Part shown: positions 18,045 through 27,265 of the stretch, in pieces | Layout of the letters: each line of letters starts with the position of its first letter | Position numbering within the stretch: the stretch's first letter is position 1 | Virus record (IMG/VR): IMGVR_UViG_3300028626_000002 | Span: 61,327-125,326 of that record | Reading direction: 5' to 3' (one strand) | DNA length: 64,000 nucleotides | DNA from: a virus | Lineage: Duplodnaviria; Caudoviricetes | The notes under the pieces: generated by a model | What the model was told of the DNA's origin: nothing | Database searches by the model: none | The model's input: only the letters and a program-made list of their open reading frames with translations | Program-made: the position numbers and the translations under genes

Positions 18045-18533
18045 ATGACCATGCCCACCAAGAAGAAGGCCGAGCCCGCGAAGAAGGCCACCGGTCCGAA
18101 GTCCGTCGTCAAGGACGTCACCGCCCCGCCGCTGCTGGTCACCGTGAAGGGCCACAAGTACGGCCTGGACGTGGAGACGGAGGAGGGGAAGCCCTCCGTC
18201 AAGTGCGACTTCGTGGCCGGCGCGCCCAAGCACTACGACCTGGGGGACGGCTACCTGATGATGTCGGGCGAGCTGCAGCTCGCCAACGGCCAGACCGCCT
18301 ACGCCGTGCTCGAGATCAGCCTCGAGGACGGCGGCGAGCACTGCGGCACCGGCTTCATGATCCCGGCCTACGACGGGCAGCCGCAGGCCATCGTCTTCCA
18401 GGGCGAGAGCAACTTCCTGCCGCAGATGCGGCGGTTCGGGCTCTCGTCCAAGGACATCTTCCCGTACCGCTACAACTACCACGAGCACCTCGAGCGTGAC
18501 CACCACGTGGGCGACGACGGCTGGAGCCTCTGA
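18045..18533 (+). CDS. hypothetical protein
   Basis: SD, high GC3. Confidence 0.7.
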   Translation: MTMPTKKKAEPAKKATGPKSVVKDVTAPPLLVTVKGHKYGLDVETEEGKPSVKCDFVAGAPKHYDLGDGYLMMSGELQLANGQTAYAVLEISLEDGGEHCGTGFMIPAYDGQPQAIVFQGESNFLPQMRRFGLSSKDIFPYRYNYHEHLERDHHVGDDGWSL

Positions 18534-18775
18534 TGGGCAAGTCCAGCATCACCATGGACACGCTGCTGGACTTCATCGACGCCCTCGAGGGGGACGTGCT
18601 GGACCGGGTTACCGAGTTCCTCGACGAGCACGTCTGCGACGGGAAGGCGGCGGAGGCGTCCGAGATCAACAACTGCGGTCCCCTGACGCAGCTGGAGTAC
18701 ATCCTGGGCGACCCGAGTCCGTCGGAAGAGGCGCTGCAGGACATGCTGTCTGGCCTCAAGTACGCGGCGGAGTAG
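18533..18775 (+). CDS. hypothetical protein
   Basis: TGATG coupling. Confidence 0.65.
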   Translation: MGKSSITMDTLLDFIDALEGDVLDRVTEFLDEHVCDGKAAEASEINNCGPLTQLEYILGDPSPSEEALQDMLSGLKYAAE

Positions 18776-18815
18776 GGTGCTTGGCTCCGGGCGGAAGTCG
18801 TCGTAGAATCACCCG

Positions 18816-19046
18816 TTGAACCGGAGAGCTGACATGCTGAGGGTCGGGAGCCTGGCGTACACCGTCGAGGTGCTGCGGGACAAGATGGGCGGCAGCAAGC
18901 CCCTCATCGTGCCCGTGCGCATCCAGGAGATGCCGAACGAGGCCGGGGAGTACCTGGTGACCTACGTTGCCAGCCCCGTCGAGCGCAAGCCCTTCCGCTG
19001 CAAGAAGGTGTTCGAGACCAAGTCCGAAGCACTGAGGGCACCGTGA
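18816..19046 (+). CDS. hypothetical protein
   Basis: short ORF with phage codon usage; start uncertain. Confidence 0.55.
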   Translation: MNRRADMLRVGSLAYTVEVLRDKMGGSKPLIVPVRIQEMPNEAGEYLVTYVASPVERKPFRCKKVFETKSEALRAP

Positions 19047-19267
19047 AACTGCAGGTCTACAAGGTCCGCGCGTACATCGAAGTCGAGGCGCCGCCGAAGT
19101 TCGAGGGCATCCTCGCGGAGATGACCGACGACATGCTGAAGAGCATGCTGCCGGCCGACGACATCACCACCCCGGACGGCACGGTTGTGCGCTTCGTCGG
19201 CTCGATGGTCACCGAGGTCGAGACCACTACCATGACCGTCGACTACGAGCCCCCCGAGGCAGCGTAG
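19043..19267 (+). CDS. hypothetical protein
   Basis: GTGA coupling. Confidence 0.6.
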   Translation: MKLQVYKVRAYIEVEAPPKFEGILAEMTDDMLKSMLPADDITTPDGTVVRFVGSMVTEVETTTMTVDYEPPEAA

Positions 19268-19270
19268 GGG

Positions 19271-19302
19271 ACAAGGGGGCGTAAGCCCCCTTGTTTCTTA
19301 GC
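19271..19302 (+). terminator. hairpin with TTCTTAGC tail
   Basis: ACAAGGGGGC-GTAA-GCCCCCTTGT TTCTTAGC. Confidence 0.75.
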
Positions 19303-19448
19303 TGACAGGCGGTATTTCATCCTCCGATTGTGGGATAAGAAGTACGGAAGAGGAGGACTGCTTCGTTTGGGGTGGAGCACCCCCGGAAGACGAAGCAGCC
19401 CCCAAGGCGAGCGCCCCCTGCGCGGGGCCATGCAAAGGAGGTTCCCTC

Positions 19449-19787
19449 ATGTGCAACCGGCTGCTGGTCGTGACGATGGACGGGAAGGGCAACGCGAGGA
19501 TCGTGAACAACGAGCTGATGATGGACGCGCCGGCCGCGACCAGGCGGACCGTCGAGGTGCTGAAGGGCCTGACCGACGAGGGCGTCGCCGCGGTCGTGGT
19601 CGAGACGGACTTCAAGGGGTACTTCCTGGGCCTGCGCGCGGACCTGGCGGTCATCGCGGCGAAGCCGGACCCCCTGACCGAGGCGGTCCAGGGCATCCTC
19701 GAGGTGCTGAAGGCGCGGCTCCCGGCCGCGACCCCGATCCCGACCCCGGTGCCGGAGCCCACGCCCGACGTGCCCCCCGCGGCCTGA
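19449..19787 (+). CDS. hypothetical protein, Pro-rich tail
   Basis: AAGGAGG SD. Confidence 0.7.
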   Translation: MCNRLLVVTMDGKGNARIVNNELMMDAPAATRRTVEVLKGLTDEGVAAVVVETDFKGYFLGLRADLAVIAAKPDPLTEAVQGILEVLKARLPAATPIPTPVPEPTPDVPPAA

Positions 19788-19840
19788 CCCCGGCCGCCCG
19801 CGCGACGCGGGCATGAACCGCCGGACTTCCCCGTGTGCGA

Positions 19841-19868
19841 GAGAAGGGCGAAAGCCCTTCTTCTTAGC
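19841..19868 (+). terminator. hairpin with TTCTTAGC tail
   Basis: GAAGGGC-GAAA-GCCCTTC TTCTTAGC. Confidence 0.7.
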
Positions 19869-19970
19869 CCGGATCTGCACACCTTCAAGTGGGCATAAGA
19901 ACTGCGGAAAGGGCGTGCCTGGTCGGCTCGCCCTCATGTCGTCGCCCTCGGGCGAATGCAGGAGCAAAAG

Positions 19971-20375
19971 ATGAAGACGGCGCTGATCACGGGCATCACG
20001 GGGCAGGACGGCAGCTACCTGGCAGAGCTGCTCCTCGGGAAGGGTTACCGGGTGGTGGGGCTGATGCCCCGCCGGTCCAACCCGGACGTGCAGACCGCCA
20101 AGCTGGCCCCGGTCATACCCAGCCCCGACTTCATCCTGGAGTCGGGCGACCTCACCGACGGCGGGTCGCTGGCCCGCCTCGTCCGCCTGGCGCAGCCGGA
20201 CGAGGTGTACAACAGCGAGGTCCGGGGGGAGATCCGCGCCACGGCCGCGGACCTCGGCTTCCCCATCACCCCCGACCAGGTTGAGTGGGTCAAGGTCGCC
20301 ATCATCCCCCGCGTTCGGAGCGTCCGCGCCCTGGAGGTGGCCGTCAAGGCGGCGTTCTCCCCGGGAGGCTCCTGA
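19971..20375 (+). CDS. truncated or chimeric GDP-mannose 4,6-dehydratase (N-terminal ~80 aa only)
   Basis: MKTALITGITGQDGSYLAELLLGKGYRV...GDLTD...QPDEVYN followed by unrelated sequence; no YxxxK catalytic motif. Confidence 0.75.
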   Translation: MKTALITGITGQDGSYLAELLLGKGYRVVGLMPRRSNPDVQTAKLAPVIPSPDFILESGDLTDGGSLARLVRLAQPDEVYNSEVRGEIRATAADLGFPITPDQVEWVKVAIIPRVRSVRALEVAVKAAFSPGGS

Positions 20376-20432
20376 AGCGTCCCCACGCGCGCCAGGTAGG
20401 CGCGCAAGCCCCGGCAGCTCGCCGGACCCCAG

Positions 20433-20460
20433 AAGAACAGGCGCAAGCCTGTTTCTTAGC
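20433..20460 (+). terminator. hairpin with TTCTTAGC tail
   Basis: AACAGGC-GCAA-GCCTGTT TCTTAGC. Confidence 0.65.
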
Positions 20461-20507
20461 CCCTCGACTCTGCTACAATTTAACCCAGGACCTTGAGGCA
20501 AGCCTGC

Positions 20508-20630
20508 ATGAAACTGGTCAGCGCACCCTGCAAGTGGCACCCGTCCCAGACCAACGAGCGGCAGGTCCTCTACAACATCGGTGTCGACGACACCCACAAC
20601 TACATCGCCGGCGGCGTGCTGGTGGGCAAC
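20508..20630 (+). mobile_element. split intein C-half (41 aa)
   Basis: VLYNIGVDDTHNYIAGGVLVGN|S (blocks F and G); the +1 residue is Ser. Confidence 0.88.
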
Positions 20631-23618
20631 TCCCACTTCAAGCTGGCCGAGCCGATGCCCAACCCGGTCTACGAGCGCGCCATTCGTGCTCTCACCGGGC
20701 TCAGCTCGGAGCAGTACCACGGCATCCTGGAGGGCAAGCTGGCCCTCTCCCCGGACGGCACACTGGTGCCCGACGATGACCAGGAAGGGGTCCTGCGGGG
20801 CGGCTACGCCTTCGAGAAGCTGCTCTCGTCCATCGACCGGGACAAGGAGCTGGATGGCCTCCTGTCGTCCGCCGCGACCGCCAGAGGGCAGAAGCTCGAC
20901 GACATCGTGAAGAAGGCGAAGATCCTTCGCGGGCTGAAGAAGGCCAACCTCCAGCCCACGGTGTACCTGCAGCGCGTCATGCCCGTGCTGCCCCCGCAGC
21001 TCCGACCCATCACCATCACCGGCAGCGGGGACATCTCCTACGACGACCTGAACGGCGTCTACAAGGCCATCGCCCTGGACAACAAGCAGCTGACGGACTT
21101 CCCGAAGGGTCTGCCGGAGACCGAGAAGGGGCACGTCCGGGCGGAGCTGTACGACGGCATGAAGTCTCTGGCCGGTCTCGACGGCGCGCTGAACCGGGAG
21201 CAGGAGATCAAGGGCATCCTCGACCTCATCCACGGCAGCGAGCTGAAACACGGCTTCTTCCAGAAGAACCTGATGAAGCGGCGCCAGGACATGACCGCGC
21301 GCGGTGTCGTCATCCCCGACATGAACGTCGGCATGGACGAGCTGGGCATCCCGAAGACCGTGGCCAAGACGCTCTACGAGCCCTTCGTCGTGAAGGAGCT
21401 GACGCAGCCGCCCTACTCGATGAACGTCGCCGACGCCAAGCAGGCGCTGAAGGACGAACGCGAGGCGGCCATGCGCATCCTCGACACGCAGCTGGAGAAG
21501 CGCCCCCTGGCGATGAAGCGCGACCCCGCCCTCCACCGCCACAGCGTCCAGGGGTTCTACCCGAAGATCGTGTCCGGGAACGCCATCCGCGTGAGCCCCC
21601 TCGTCGTGGCCGGGTACAACATGGACTTCGACGGCGACCAGGTCAGCCTGTACGTGCCCGTGACGAACGAGGCGGCCGAGGACGTCAAGCGCATGACCCC
21701 CAGCAACATTCTGAAGAGCCCCACCAGCCACGAGATCATGTACTTCCCCCGGCTGGAGGCGCAGCTGGGGCTGTTCATGATGACCAAGCCCGGAGAGCGC
21801 AAGGCCACGGCCTACAGCAGCGAGTCCGCCCTGCTGAAGGACTACGTCGACGGCAAGCTCGAGCAGACGGACATCGTGCGGCTCAACGGGAAGGACACCA
21901 CGCCGGGCCGGGCTATCGTGGCCGGTGCGCTGCCCGCCGGCGAGACCCGGGAGAAGGTGCTGCATGACCTCGACTTCGACCTCACTGGCAAGAACACCCG
22001 GCGCATCATCGGAGCACACGCGTCGGAGCCCAACGTCTACAAGGGCATCGTGCAGAAGCTGAACCAGATCGGCTTCACCCAGGCCACCGCCATGGGGTAC
22101 AGCGTGGGGCTGAAGGACTTCCGTACGCTCAAGGTCATCCGGGACGCGGCGTTGAAGAAGGCCGACATCGCGGCGTCGCACCTCCCCGAGCACGCCCCCG
22201 ACCGCAACGAGCGGCTGGTGAAAATCTACATGGACGCGTCGGAGGAGATCCGGGAGGGGGCCGAGAAGAAGTTCGGCAAGGAGTTCAACGCGCTGATGAC
22301 CATGTGGAAGGCAGGGGCCAAGGGCGACTGGCTGAACATCCGCCAGATCCTGTCCACCCCCATGATCGTCGACAGCCCCACGGGCCCCGTGCCGCTGCCC
22401 ATCCGCCACTCGTACAGCGAGGGCCTGGACTCGGCGGAGTACTGGATCGCCGGGCACGGCGCCCGCAAGGGCATGTACGACCGCGTCATGGAGGCCAGCC
22501 TGCCCGGGTCCATCAACAAGCAGCTGACCAACGTGGCGATGGGCATGTCCATCACCGAGCCCGACTGTGGGGTGAAGGCGGGGATCAGCCGCCCCGTCGA
22601 CTCCCCCGACATCATCGACCGCTACACCGCGGAGCCCGTGAAGATCGGCAGCAGGACCCTGCCCAAGAACACGCTCATCACGTCGCAGATCGTGGACAGC
22701 CTGAAGAAGGCCAAGAAGACCTCAGTGGTGATCCGCAGCCCGCTGCGATGCTCCGCCCACAAGGGCATGTGCTCGAAGTGCTACGGCCTGGGCCCGGACG
22801 GCAAGCCGGCCAGCGTGGGGACCAACGTCGGCGTCATCGCCGCGCAGGCCCTCGGCGAGCGCGGCACCCAGCTGGCCCTGCGGAGCTTCCACTCCGCCGG
22901 CGCCACCTCGACGAAGAAGTCGGTCATCAACAGCATCGGGCGCGTGCGGCAGCTGGTGGCCATGCCCGAGATCCTGCCGGGCAGCGCCACGCTTTCCACC
23001 GAGGGCGGAACCGTCTCGAGGGTCGAGAAGGACCCGGCCGGCGGCTTCCGGGTGTGGGTGGGCGACACCGACCACTACGTGCCGTTTGGCATGGACCTCA
23101 TCAAGAAGCGCGGCGACAAGGTGAAGAGGGGCGAGGCCCTGTCGAAGGGCGTCGTGAACCCCCACGAGCTGCTGCCGCTGGCCGGCGTCAACGCGGTGCA
23201 GAGCTACCTGGCCGACGAACTGGACGGGCTGTACTCGCGAGAGGGTGTGCGGCGGGTGCACGACGAGGTGCTCGTCCGCGCCGTCACGAACCTGGGCACC
23301 GTCGTGGACCCCGGGGACCATCCCGACCTTCTGCCGTCGGACACCACCAGCGTGCAGTCCATCGAGGCCTGGAACGCGGAGCACCGCGGCGAGAAGCCGG
23401 TGAAGTACGAGACGGTGCTGAAGGGCGTGGACGTGCTGCCCCTCGAGCAGACCGAAGACTGGCTTACAAGGCTGGCGTACAGGCGACCTGCTGAGACCAT
23501 TACCCGGGGGGCCGTGGAGGGCTGGACGAGCCACCTGCATGGAAACTCCCCTGTTCCCGGGGTGGTCTACGGTGCCGAGTTTGGCCTTCCCCCGAAGGGC
23601 AGCAAAACCCCCTATTGA
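20508..23618 (+). CDS. rpoC: split-intein C-half plus the remainder of the RNA polymerase beta' subunit
   Basis: PVLPPQLRP, KRDPALHRHS, catalytic YNMDFDGDQ, GARKG, Zn site RSPLRCSAHKGMCSKCYG, AAQALGERGTQLALRSFH. Confidence 0.93.
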   Translation: MKLVSAPCKWHPSQTNERQVLYNIGVDDTHNYIAGGVLVGNSHFKLAEPMPNPVYERAIRALTGLSSEQYHGILEGKLALSPDGTLVPDDDQEGVLRGGYAFEKLLSSIDRDKELDGLLSSAATARGQKLDDIVKKAKILRGLKKANLQPTVYLQRVMPVLPPQLRPITITGSGDISYDDLNGVYKAIALDNKQLTDFPKGLPETEKGHVRAELYDGMKSLAGLDGALNREQEIKGILDLIHGSELKHGFFQKNLMKRRQDMTARGVVIPDMNVGMDELGIPKTVAKTLYEPFVVKELTQPPYSMNVADAKQALKDEREAAMRILDTQLEKRPLAMKRDPALHRHSVQGFYPKIVSGNAIRVSPLVVAGYNMDFDGDQVSLYVPVTNEAAEDVKRMTPSNILKSPTSHEIMYFPRLEAQLGLFMMTKPGERKATAYSSESALLKDYVDGKLEQTDIVRLNGKDTTPGRAIVAGALPAGETREKVLHDLDFDLTGKNTRRIIGAHASEPNVYKGIVQKLNQIGFTQATAMGYSVGLKDFRTLKVIRDAALKKADIAASHLPEHAPDRNERLVKIYMDASEEIREGAEKKFGKEFNALMTMWKAGAKGDWLNIRQILSTPMIVDSPTGPVPLPIRHSYSEGLDSAEYWIAGHGARKGMYDRVMEASLPGSINKQLTNVAMGMSITEPDCGVKAGISRPVDSPDIIDRYTAEPVKIGSRTLPKNTLITSQIVDSLKKAKKTSVVIRSPLRCSAHKGMCSKCYGLGPDGKPASVGTNVGVIAAQALGERGTQLALRSFHSAGATSTKKSVINSIGRVRQLVAMPEILPGSATLSTEGGTVSRVEKDPAGGFRVWVGDTDHYVPFGMDLIKKRGDKVKRGEALSKGVVNPHELLPLAGVNAVQSYLADELDGLYSREGVRRVHDEVLVRAVTNLGTVVDPGDHPDLLPSDTTSVQSIEAWNAEHRGEKPVKYETVLKGVDVLPLEQTEDWLTRLAYRRPAETITRGAVEGWTSHLHGNSPVPGVVYGAEFGLPPKGSKTPY

Positions 23619-23662
23619 CGGGCTAGAGCAGACCGGCGTACACTTCCAGGCGGGAGGTCGCG

Positions 23663-24457
23663 ATGAAGCGGGTCTCGGCCGAGGTGCGGCGTCAAGCTCT
23701 TGCCATGTACGCAGCGATGGTCCCCACGGCGACCATCGCGAAGGTGTTGTCGCTGTACCCCAGCACCGTGTCCCACTGGGCGCGCGCCGCGGGCGTGACC
23801 AGGCCCCGCTCGGAGTCCTGTCGCAAGTACACGCTGGACACGAAGTTTTTCGCCAGCATCGACTCGGAGGCCAAGGCGTACTGGCTGGGATTTCTCTACG
23901 CCGACGGTTGCGTGTACCGGCAGACCGTGCGCGTTCTGCTCTCCTCGACTGACGAGGGGCACCTGCAGCGGCTGCTGAACTGCGTTGGCAGCGACCAACC
24001 CATTCGGAGTGTGCGCTGCGGGAAGCACCCGGGGGCGCTGCTGGTTGTGCGGAGCTGCGACTGGGTGATGGACCTGAGTCGGCACGGCGTATGCCCACGC
24101 AAGACCTACACCGGTCAGCACCCCACTAATGTACCGGCAGCGCTGGTGCGGCATTTCGTACGGGGGGTGTTCGACGGGGATGGCTGCGTCTCGTACTCTC
24201 GCAACCAGGCCGCCGTTGATTGGACAGGCGGGGAGGCGTTTCTTCGGTGGCTGGCGGTGCAGATCACCACAGAGGTGGGGTTGTCGGGGCACTCCCCGCG
24301 CAAGACGGCCAGCAAACATGCCTGGCGTTTGCAGTACGCCGGCAACCGCCAAGCCGCAGCACTTCGTGACTGGATGTACCGAGATGCAACGGTGTGGTTG
24401 CCGCGTAAGCGCGAACGGTTTGATCAGCCGCCGACGAGCAGCAAGACCCCGTATTGA
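23663..24457 (+). CDS. double-motif LAGLIDADG homing endonuclease with N-terminal HTH
   Basis: AYWLGFLYADG and FVRGVFDGDG; own TTGACG-18-TACACT promoter. Confidence 0.88.
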   Translation: MKRVSAEVRRQALAMYAAMVPTATIAKVLSLYPSTVSHWARAAGVTRPRSESCRKYTLDTKFFASIDSEAKAYWLGFLYADGCVYRQTVRVLLSSTDEGHLQRLLNCVGSDQPIRSVRCGKHPGALLVVRSCDWVMDLSRHGVCPRKTYTGQHPTNVPAALVRHFVRGVFDGDGCVSYSRNQAAVDWTGGEAFLRWLAVQITTEVGLSGHSPRKTASKHAWRLQYAGNRQAAALRDWMYRDATVWLPRKRERFDQPPTSSKTPY

Positions 24458-24466
24458 GAGGCAGCC

Positions 24467-24574
24467 ATGCGGTACATGCGGTGGGCCTGCGCGATGCTCT
24501 TCACCCTCTCCATCTCCCCTGCCATTTTCCTCATCTGCTGCGTGAAGGCCGTGTTCGGCATCTCCGCCGAGTAG
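24467..24574 (+). CDS. small hydrophobic peptide
   Basis: GAGG SD, 35 aa with one TM-like stretch. Confidence 0.4.
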   Translation: MRYMRWACAMLFTLSISPAIFLICCVKAVFGISAE

Positions 24575-24681
24575 CGGTTGAAACCGCGCGCCCGTAGGTA
24601 TAAGGACTACAGAAGGGTACCGCCTCGGCTCAGGCCGAGGTTCCTGACGTTTTTACACGCCCGCAGCGGAGGAGGAGACCA

Positions 24682-26880
24682 GTGGACGGACCGGGGACGG
24701 TACGGGCTCGGGTCACGAGGTTCAGGCACAAGAACAGCGACACCGGATTCGTCATCGCCATGGTGCGGAACCTCGACGCGCTCGACCAGGCAGAGGTCAG
24801 CGTCAAGGGCACCATGGACATCGACATCGGGTGCATGTACGAGTTCGAGGGCCGCTGGGAGACCCATCCCAAGTACGGCCCTGGCATGATCGTCAGGTCG
24901 TACCGATCCGTTGCGCCGACGACGTCGGACGGCATCGAGGCGTACCTGTCGAACTCCGACCTGTTCCCGAACATCGGCCCTGCGCGCGCGGCGCAGCTGG
25001 TCGACAAGTTCGGCGACAAGACGCTGGAGGTCATCGAGAAGGAGCCCGCACGCCTTCGCGAAGTCTCCGGCCTCACCGAGGAGCGCGTCGCCGCCATCGT
25101 AGCTTGCTACGTGGCCAACCGTGACAAGCACAAGCTCTTCACGGACCTCTACGCGCACGGTTTGACCCCGTTCCAGGTGAGCAAGCTGTTCGCCAAGTAC
25201 GGGTCGCGGGCCGTCGAGGTGCTGCAGAACGACCCCTACGCCGTCACGGAGATCGACGGCTTCGGGTTCACCACGGCGGACAACCTGGCCATGCGCTTCG
25301 GGATGTCCAAGACCAGCGAGAAGCGCGCCCTGGCGGCGGTCTGCTACCTGCTCGACCAGCTGAGCAGCGAAGGACACACTCGGGTCACGGCGGCCATGCT
25401 GACCGCCAAAGCCGGGGAGCTGCAGCTGCAGATCCCGGACGAGAGGCTGGGCAAGGCCGTCCACAGCCTCGTGACGGACCCGGGCCTGGCCTACAAGGGC
25501 GTCGGGTTCTCCGGTGACAGCCTCCACCTCGTGCAGCTCTACAATTGCGAGCTGACGGTCGCGGCCAAGCTGAAGTCCCTCTACACCACGCCGCTCGACC
25601 GGGGGCTGGATTTCGACTTCGCGCCGTTCGGGCTGAACGAGAAGCAGCGGGAGATCGTGAAGGCCAGCCAGCTCTCCCGTGTCCTGGTGGTCACCGGCGG
25701 GCCGGGCACCGGCAAGAGCCACACGCTGGCCGCGCTGCGGTCCTCCTGGCTCTACCACCGGTTGCGCGTCGGCTACGCGGCCCCCACGGGCAAGGCGGCC
25801 CAGCGGATGGCCGAGATGATGGGGCACCAGGAGCAGACGTTCACCATCCACCGGTTGCTGGGGTTCAACCCGGTCATGGGGTGGGAGTACGACGAGCTGA
25901 ACCAGCTGCCGTACGACGTGGTGGTCGTCGACGAGGTCTCCATGCTCGACATCGAGCTGGCGGCCGCGCTCCTGCGCGCCATCGACCATGAGCACACCCA
26001 GCTGGTGCTCATTGGCGACGTCGACCAGCTGCCGTCCGTGGGCCCGGGCGCCGTGCTCAAGGACGTCATCGAGTCGAGCAAGGTGCCCGTCGTCCGCCTG
26101 ACCGAAATCATGCGGCAGGAGGCCACGTCGAAGATTGTCACCGCGGCGCACGCCATCAACCGCGGCGAGAGCTTCGAGTTCGACAACAAGGTCGACGACC
26201 TTCGGGTCTACTTCTTCCCCGACGAGGCAAGCCAGGAGTCCATCGCCGCCGGGGTCGTAGGCATGATCACCAACAAGCTGCGGGAGGAGGGCTGGGACGC
26301 GGTGAACGACGTCCAGGTCCTCACCCCCATGCGCTCCCACGGCGCCCTGGCCGCGGACAACCTGGGCGTCATCCTCCAGAAGACGTTCAACCCCGCGGTG
26401 GAGGGTCGCCCCGAGCTGAAGCTGTGGGGCAAGGGCGAAGAGGCCACGCTCGTGCGCCTGGGCGACAAGGTCATCCAGACGAAGAACGACTACGAGCTGG
26501 GCGTGTTCAACGGGGAAATCGGCACGGTGGTCGACATCGGCCCGGTGCCCGGCGGTAAGGGGAACGCCCAGCAGATGCGGGTGGACTACGCCGGCGGGCG
26601 GCCGCCCGTCGTCTACGCCAAGGCGGACAAGTGGGCGCACCTGCGGCTGGCCTACGCCCTGACCATCCACAAGGCGCAGGGCAGCGAGTTCCCCGTCGTC
26701 ATCGTTCCGCTGCACCGGGCGCAGTACAGGCTGCTGAACCGGCAGCTGCTCTACACCGCGGTGACCAGGGCGCGCAAGCTCTGCATCATCCTCTGCACCC
26801 GCAAGGCAATCTCCCAGGCCATCACGTGCAACGACCAGGCGCAGAGGCTCACGAGGCTGAAGGCCATGCTGGTAACCTGA
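24682..26880 (+). CDS. recD2: RecD2-like SF1B helicase
   Basis: HhH PNIGPARA and GFGFTTAD, Walker A GGPGTGKS, DEVSM, GDVDQLPSVGPG, AYALTIHKAQGSEF, LYTAVTRAR. Confidence 0.95.
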   Translation: MDGPGTVRARVTRFRHKNSDTGFVIAMVRNLDALDQAEVSVKGTMDIDIGCMYEFEGRWETHPKYGPGMIVRSYRSVAPTTSDGIEAYLSNSDLFPNIGPARAAQLVDKFGDKTLEVIEKEPARLREVSGLTEERVAAIVACYVANRDKHKLFTDLYAHGLTPFQVSKLFAKYGSRAVEVLQNDPYAVTEIDGFGFTTADNLAMRFGMSKTSEKRALAAVCYLLDQLSSEGHTRVTAAMLTAKAGELQLQIPDERLGKAVHSLVTDPGLAYKGVGFSGDSLHLVQLYNCELTVAAKLKSLYTTPLDRGLDFDFAPFGLNEKQREIVKASQLSRVLVVTGGPGTGKSHTLAALRSSWLYHRLRVGYAAPTGKAAQRMAEMMGHQEQTFTIHRLLGFNPVMGWEYDELNQLPYDVVVVDEVSMLDIELAAALLRAIDHEHTQLVLIGDVDQLPSVGPGAVLKDVIESSKVPVVRLTEIMRQEATSKIVTAAHAINRGESFEFDNKVDDLRVYFFPDEASQESIAAGVVGMITNKLREEGWDAVNDVQVLTPMRSHGALAADNLGVILQKTFNPAVEGRPELKLWGKGEEATLVRLGDKVIQTKNDYELGVFNGEIGTVVDIGPVPGGKGNAQQMRVDYAGGRPPVVYAKADKWAHLRLAYALTIHKAQGSEFPVVIVPLHRAQYRLLNRQLLYTAVTRARKLCIILCTRKAISQAITCNDQAQRLTRLKAMLVT

Positions 26881-26896
26881 GAAGGAGGAAAGTGCC

Positions 26897-27265
26897 ATGG
26901 AGGACACCCCGCTGGACCGCTTCTACGACTGGTTGCGCCAGCAGGAGAGCCCCTCGAAGTACCTCGTCGACCTGGTGCGGCGACTCGTCGCCGAAGACCT
27001 TCTGAGCGGGTACCTCGTCGCCACCACGATGCTCGACGAGAGAGTCCACGCGGCCGTTCGAGCGAGCAACCGCAAGGGGGCCATCAAGATGGTCATGAAG
27101 CTGCTGCCCCAGGTCGTGAAGAACGACGCCATGCGGCAGCTCATCGAGATGCTGATGTCGGACAGCACTGCAGTCCTCGACTGCAGCAAGTGCAACGAGC
27201 GGGAGCGCTGCCCGTTCCTCAAGCACCACCAGCCCACTACCATCAAGCCGGAGGAGATGAACTGA
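26897..27265 (+). CDS. hypothetical protein with C-terminal CxxC..C
   Basis: AGGAGG SD. Confidence 0.65.
   Translation: MEDTPLDRFYDWLRQQESPSKYLVDLVRRLVAEDLLSGYLVATTMLDERVHAAVRASNRKGAIKMVMKLLPQVVKNDAMRQLIEMLMSDSTAVLDCSKCNERERCPFLKHHQPTTIKPEEMN

Noticed and set aside
11618-23618. Cellular rpoBC locus
   Set aside because: There are no ribosomal-protein neighbours, the subunits are shortened and divergent, and the surrounding gene content is phage-like.
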